Positions 60,180 through 64,000 of a stretch of DNA of 64,000 nt are shown one piece after another. Position 1 is the stretch's first letter. Every line of letters begins with the position of its first letter. The stretch covers positions 12,928,451 to 12,992,450 of the forward strand of contig NC_134035.1 of assembly GCF_964204645.1 (NCBI RefSeq), read 5' to 3'. The translations under genes and the position numbers were made by a program. The notes under the pieces were generated by a model, which worked only from the letters and a program-made list of their open reading frames with translations, had not been told where the DNA came from and ran no database searches. The stretch comes from Tubulanus polymorphus. Lineage: Eukaryota; Animalia; Nemertea.

Positions 60180-61205
60180 ACTGCAGTTAGTCCTGTATGT
60201 CTTTTTTATCGCAATTTACTGTGGTTTATTCCTGTTTGTCCTGTATGTCTTTGTGATCGCAATCGCAATTCATTGGTTGCATTGTTTACTGTTAATCCTG
60301 TATGTCTATCGCAATTAAGTTAGTCCTGTATGTCCTGTATGTCTTAGTTAATCGCAATTCATTGGTTGAATTGTCTGCTGTTAGTCCTGTATGTCCTGTA
60401 TGTCTTAGTTAATCGCAATTCATTGATTGCATTGTCTACTGTTAGTCCTGTATGTCCTGTATGTCTTAGTTAATCGCAATTCATTGGTTGCATTGTTTAC
60501 TGTTAGTCCTGTATATTCTGTATGTCTATCGCAATTAAGTTAGTCCTGTATGTCCTGTGGTTTAGTCCTGTATGTCTTAGTTAATCGCAATTCATTGGTT
60601 GAATTGTCTACTGTTAGTCCTGTATGTCCTGTGGTTTTGTCCTGTATGTCTTTGTGATCGCGATCGCAATTCATTGGTTGCATTGTTTACTGTTAGTCCT
60701 GTATGTCTATCGCAATTAAGTTAGTCCTGTATGTCCTGTATGTCTTAGTTAATCGCAATTCATTGGTTGTTGAATTGTCTACTGTTAGTCCTGTATGTCC
60801 TGTATGTCTTACTTAATCGCAATTCATTGGTTGCATTGTTTACTGTTAGTCCTGTATGTCTATCGCAATTAAGTTAGTCCTGTATGTCCTGTATGTCTTA
60901 GTTAATCGCAATTCATTGGTTGTTGAATTGTCTACTGTTAGTCCTGTATGTCCTGTGGTTTAGTCCTGTATGTCTTAGTTAATCGCAATTCGTTGGTTGA
61001 ATTGTCTACTGTTAATCCTGTATGTCCTGTATGTCTATCGCAATTAAGTTAGTCCTGTTTGTCCTGTATGTCTTAGCTACGAGCAATTATCAAACTTGAT
61101 AATTGCTCGTAGGTCTTAGTTAATCGCAATTCATTGGTTGCATTGTTTACTGTTAAAGCTGTATGTTCTGTATCTCTATCGCAATTTCATTGGTTGAATT
61201 GTTAA
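60180..61205. repeat. Complex satellite inside the MULE (modules GTCCTGTAT and ATCGCAATTCATTGGTTG, period about 60 bp)
   Basis: Reiterated TTAGTCCTGTATGTCCTGTATGTCTTAGTTAATCGCAATTCATTGGTTG units. Confidence 0.93.
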
Positions 61206-61353
61206 CAGTCCTCTGTATGTACATGTAAAAATAATTAAGGTTCTGACAACAGGTTTGTAAAGTAATCAGCTATCTGTTTTGTCTATCGTTGCTTAAATTG
61301 TTAACTGTTGTTTTAGAGTTCTGTATGTCTTTGTCGATCATTTTGTCTGCACT

Positions 61354-61594
61354 CAGGGGCGGATCCAGCATTTTGAAGGGGGGGGGGCAAATGAAAGCAA
61401 CAACAGATGGCTGTAAGCCATTCCAGAGCAAGCACCGATAACGCGAAGACCCTCCCTAAAAATTTTTTGGAAAAATAGATGCAAGCAGGTGCATTCTGAG
61501 CATTACTTAATAGAAAGATTTCATTCGGTTTTTACTCAGTAACGCATAGATTTGCGGCTACATCGGTAAAAATAGAGGGGTGGATCCGCCACTG
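61354..61594. mobile_element. MITE-like insertion within the MULE
   Basis: CAGGGGCGGATCC...GGATCCGCCACTG ends; a similar end occurs near 22857; no TSD found. Confidence 0.55.
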
Positions 61595-63781
61595 AATAGC
61601 TATTGTTTTGTGTAGGATTGTATCTGTGAATTAAGTAAAGTTACTTACTCCAGTCTGATGTTATTGCTTATTGCTCGTATTTTATTGTTTTAAGTGTGCG
61701 AATACTTTTCTTAGATTTATGGAGATCAGGATGACGAGGGTTCGATTTGAACCAACAAATAAACAAAAACATTCAAACCTCAAATTAATCCGTTTACTTG
61801 TCTTTATTTTTGGGGAACATTTTTTTACCTAGTTCAGATTTGATAACACAGTAGTCGCTTGTTCCAAAGCGATGTGCCGTTGAAGACAGACCTGAAGGTC
61901 TTTGCCGATAGCGATGCTATCCAGGATTTCAAAGGATGTGAAGAAGGTGCATCTTCGACAACCATAGTTTGCAGTTTTAACAATTTAAAACAATAATAGT
62001 TTCATTAAACAACTTAAAATTTAAAGATTTAGTGGACTTACTGTTTAACCAGGGCAGGGATTTCTCGCAACCGTACATGATATATACATACACTAGCAGT
62101 AAATACAATGTACTTCTAACCCTTATAAAACTTAAACTATTATTAGTTATTTTACAATTATTGAACGGCAACGTTGAAATGCGATGTGCGCTCAGAGCGG
62201 CCGTAGTGATTTTGGCGTATTGTGGGATTCGAACCGCTCGGAATTTGTACTAGTGACGTCACTCGCCATCGACCAAAACAGGCTTTCAACCTTTTGCCTC
62301 GGGTGGGCGAATACAAGATGGCGCACGCTACGTGGGTCTAACTAATTATTGAATGGAACCGATTCAATTTCAATAGCGGGCGGCTCCAAGATTATCCAAA
62401 TGAGCTTGGGGAAGCTCCGTGTATGTGCAAATCAGGGTATCCAGAAAGCTATATAGACTGGTTGCCTGTCCCATAGACCGGTAACCAGTCTACTAAGCCA
62501 TAAAAAGACCAGCGGTCAAACCGACCTACCATGCAACAACCAAAAACTTGACCGACATGAAATGATATTGAACTGAATGAATTTGGGGATGTAAGGCTGA
62601 TTATGATGTCACGACGGACTCGTCTCAAAGATCATCAGAGACATAACCAAAACCGCCCCCCGCGGCCGCAGGTGACCCGAAACGGCGGGTCTGATAAACT
62701 TTTTCCTTCCAACATTAATATGTTTTGAACCCGTGACACCCTGTACATCCTCTATTCAGCATCATGATCACTCTGAATCAGTATCAGTAATTACTGGGTT
62801 CGAACCGGGGACACCCCTGTACTACATAATCAGTAGTTTGAGTCTCAATTTGTATATCTAATTCAATTTACTATGCGTAAAGTTATCATTTGGATAAGTC
62901 TCTAGATTAAACTTTTTTTCTGCTCGTTTTTTCACTGAATTTGTTCCACAGGCGGGAATGAAAATTTAAAAAATATTTTTTCTTTATTCGACTTTTCTTC
63001 AAATTTCGGGAGGCGGATCCCGTAAACCAAGCTATCAAACAGGCCTTATTCATTGTGTATTTGAATGACAAGACGCGTGCAGATTTCGATAAAAACATCA
63101 GATTTCAGTTCTTTACAATTAATAGGAAGTCACTGATGATTGGGATTTTTCGTTCGTTTCTAAAGTATCGAACACCATAGAATTTATCGTCAGAAGTTCA
63201 TTTTTAGCGAGTAACATTTTTTTCGTCGAGTTTGATGTGACCCAGATGTGAAAAAAGCATATTCTATAAAACGTCACGTCATTACCACAAGCTAAAAACC
63301 AGTAGCGTGACGAAATCAAATCAAATCAAAAGTATCAGGTCGAACTTAGCAAGGCGAACTATTCTAACTGTAGTCATGCGTCATCCAAATATTGCTGGTC
63401 AGTTCTTGAATTAACAATCTGATACGAATTTTTTCGACTGGGAAACCAAATAAAGTCGACTAAATGGTTCACCATATACGAGATAGCTCACGGCCAGAAT
63501 TTTATAGTTTTTGGCATAAAAAGGAAATAGAAACAAACAAGAGAGATGAAAGTTGTTTGCAAGTTGCCGTTGAAAGGTTTGAGCTATTCGTGGTAGCGCC
63601 ATTCCATCAGAGTAACTCTGCTCAAGGACACTTCGTATCAGATACTGATTCAGATTTACAGGTTGCAGCTAGCGAGCGGAGCGCACATTTCCATTCAGAA
63701 AATTACACACTATTATTCTACATCGTGAAAGGGGCGTTACATGACGAGAGAAGGATATTCCACGTCTCTGCCGAGCATTGA

Positions 63782-64000
63782 ATGATGAGTTCTTCAAACG
63801 TTACCACTGTTCTGTTGCCTACTGTAAGAACCTACGCGGGAGCATGCGATTATGTACGGAGTAACTTGGCAATACGCTGGGAATATCAGTTCAGCGTTTA
63901 TATGTACATCTTCTTTTACGGACCAGTCACAATACTCGGTATCATTTTGAATATCATAACGCTTCTAGTTTTGAGGAAGATGAACAATAATGCGTATTAT
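63782..64000 (+). CDS. 5' part of a rhodopsin-class (probably neuropeptide) GPCR; runs off the window
   Basis: Open frame absent from the ORF track: MMSSSNVTTVLLPTVRTYAGACDYVRSNLAIRWEYQFSVYMYIFFYGPVTILGIILNIITLLVLRKMNNNAYY, with an N-glycosylation sequon NVT and a TM1 G..xN..L.VL.R pattern. Confidence 0.75.
   Translation, partial: MMSSSNVTTVLLPTVRTYAGACDYVRSNLAIRWEYQFSVYMYIFFYGPVTILGIILNIITLLVLRKMNNNAYY

Larger units (their letters stand above)
55433..62297. mobile_element. Mutator-like (MULE) DNA transposon, 6865 bp
   Basis: 44-bp TIRs at 55433-55476 and 62254-62297 with 1 mismatch; G...C termini; perfect 9-bp TSD CTCGGGTGG (55424-55432, 62298-62306); internal SWIM zinc finger. Confidence 0.88.

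Noticed and set aside
61700-62253. A second, convergent (mudrB-like) gene from the right TIR
   Set aside because: Only short exon-like fragments; no coherent reading frame could be built.

Overview
Intron-rich, AT-rich eukaryotic DNA, most likely from an invertebrate animal. From left to right: (1) the first coding exon of a membrane-anchored short-chain dehydrogenase (minus strand). (2) A 5.8-kb non-autonomous foldback DNA transposon with GAG...CTC ends and an ATAT target duplication (Sola-like), whose arms carry inverted arrays of a 59-bp satellite built around the element's own subterminal motif. (3) A cluster of six intronless SLC47/MATE transporter paralogues, five on the minus strand and one inverted that begins with (ATG)43; all six lack the TM7 glutamates conserved in eukaryotic MATEs. 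Tandem arrays of Penelope-type minimal hammerhead ribozymes lie between them. (4) A complete CKAP5 (ch-TOG/XMAP215) gene of about 39 coding exons with MITE-rich introns. (5) An SRSF7/9G8-like SR splicing factor with an extra N-terminal RS/His tract. (6) A 6.9-kb Mutator-like element (44-bp TIRs, 9-bp TSD) inserted at the SR gene's 5' end. It carries a spliced, partly decayed gene joining an SGNH hydrolase to SWIM, C2H2 and PHD zinc fingers, with no visible DDE domain. (7) The start of a rhodopsin-class GPCR. All calls were made by eye without database searches.
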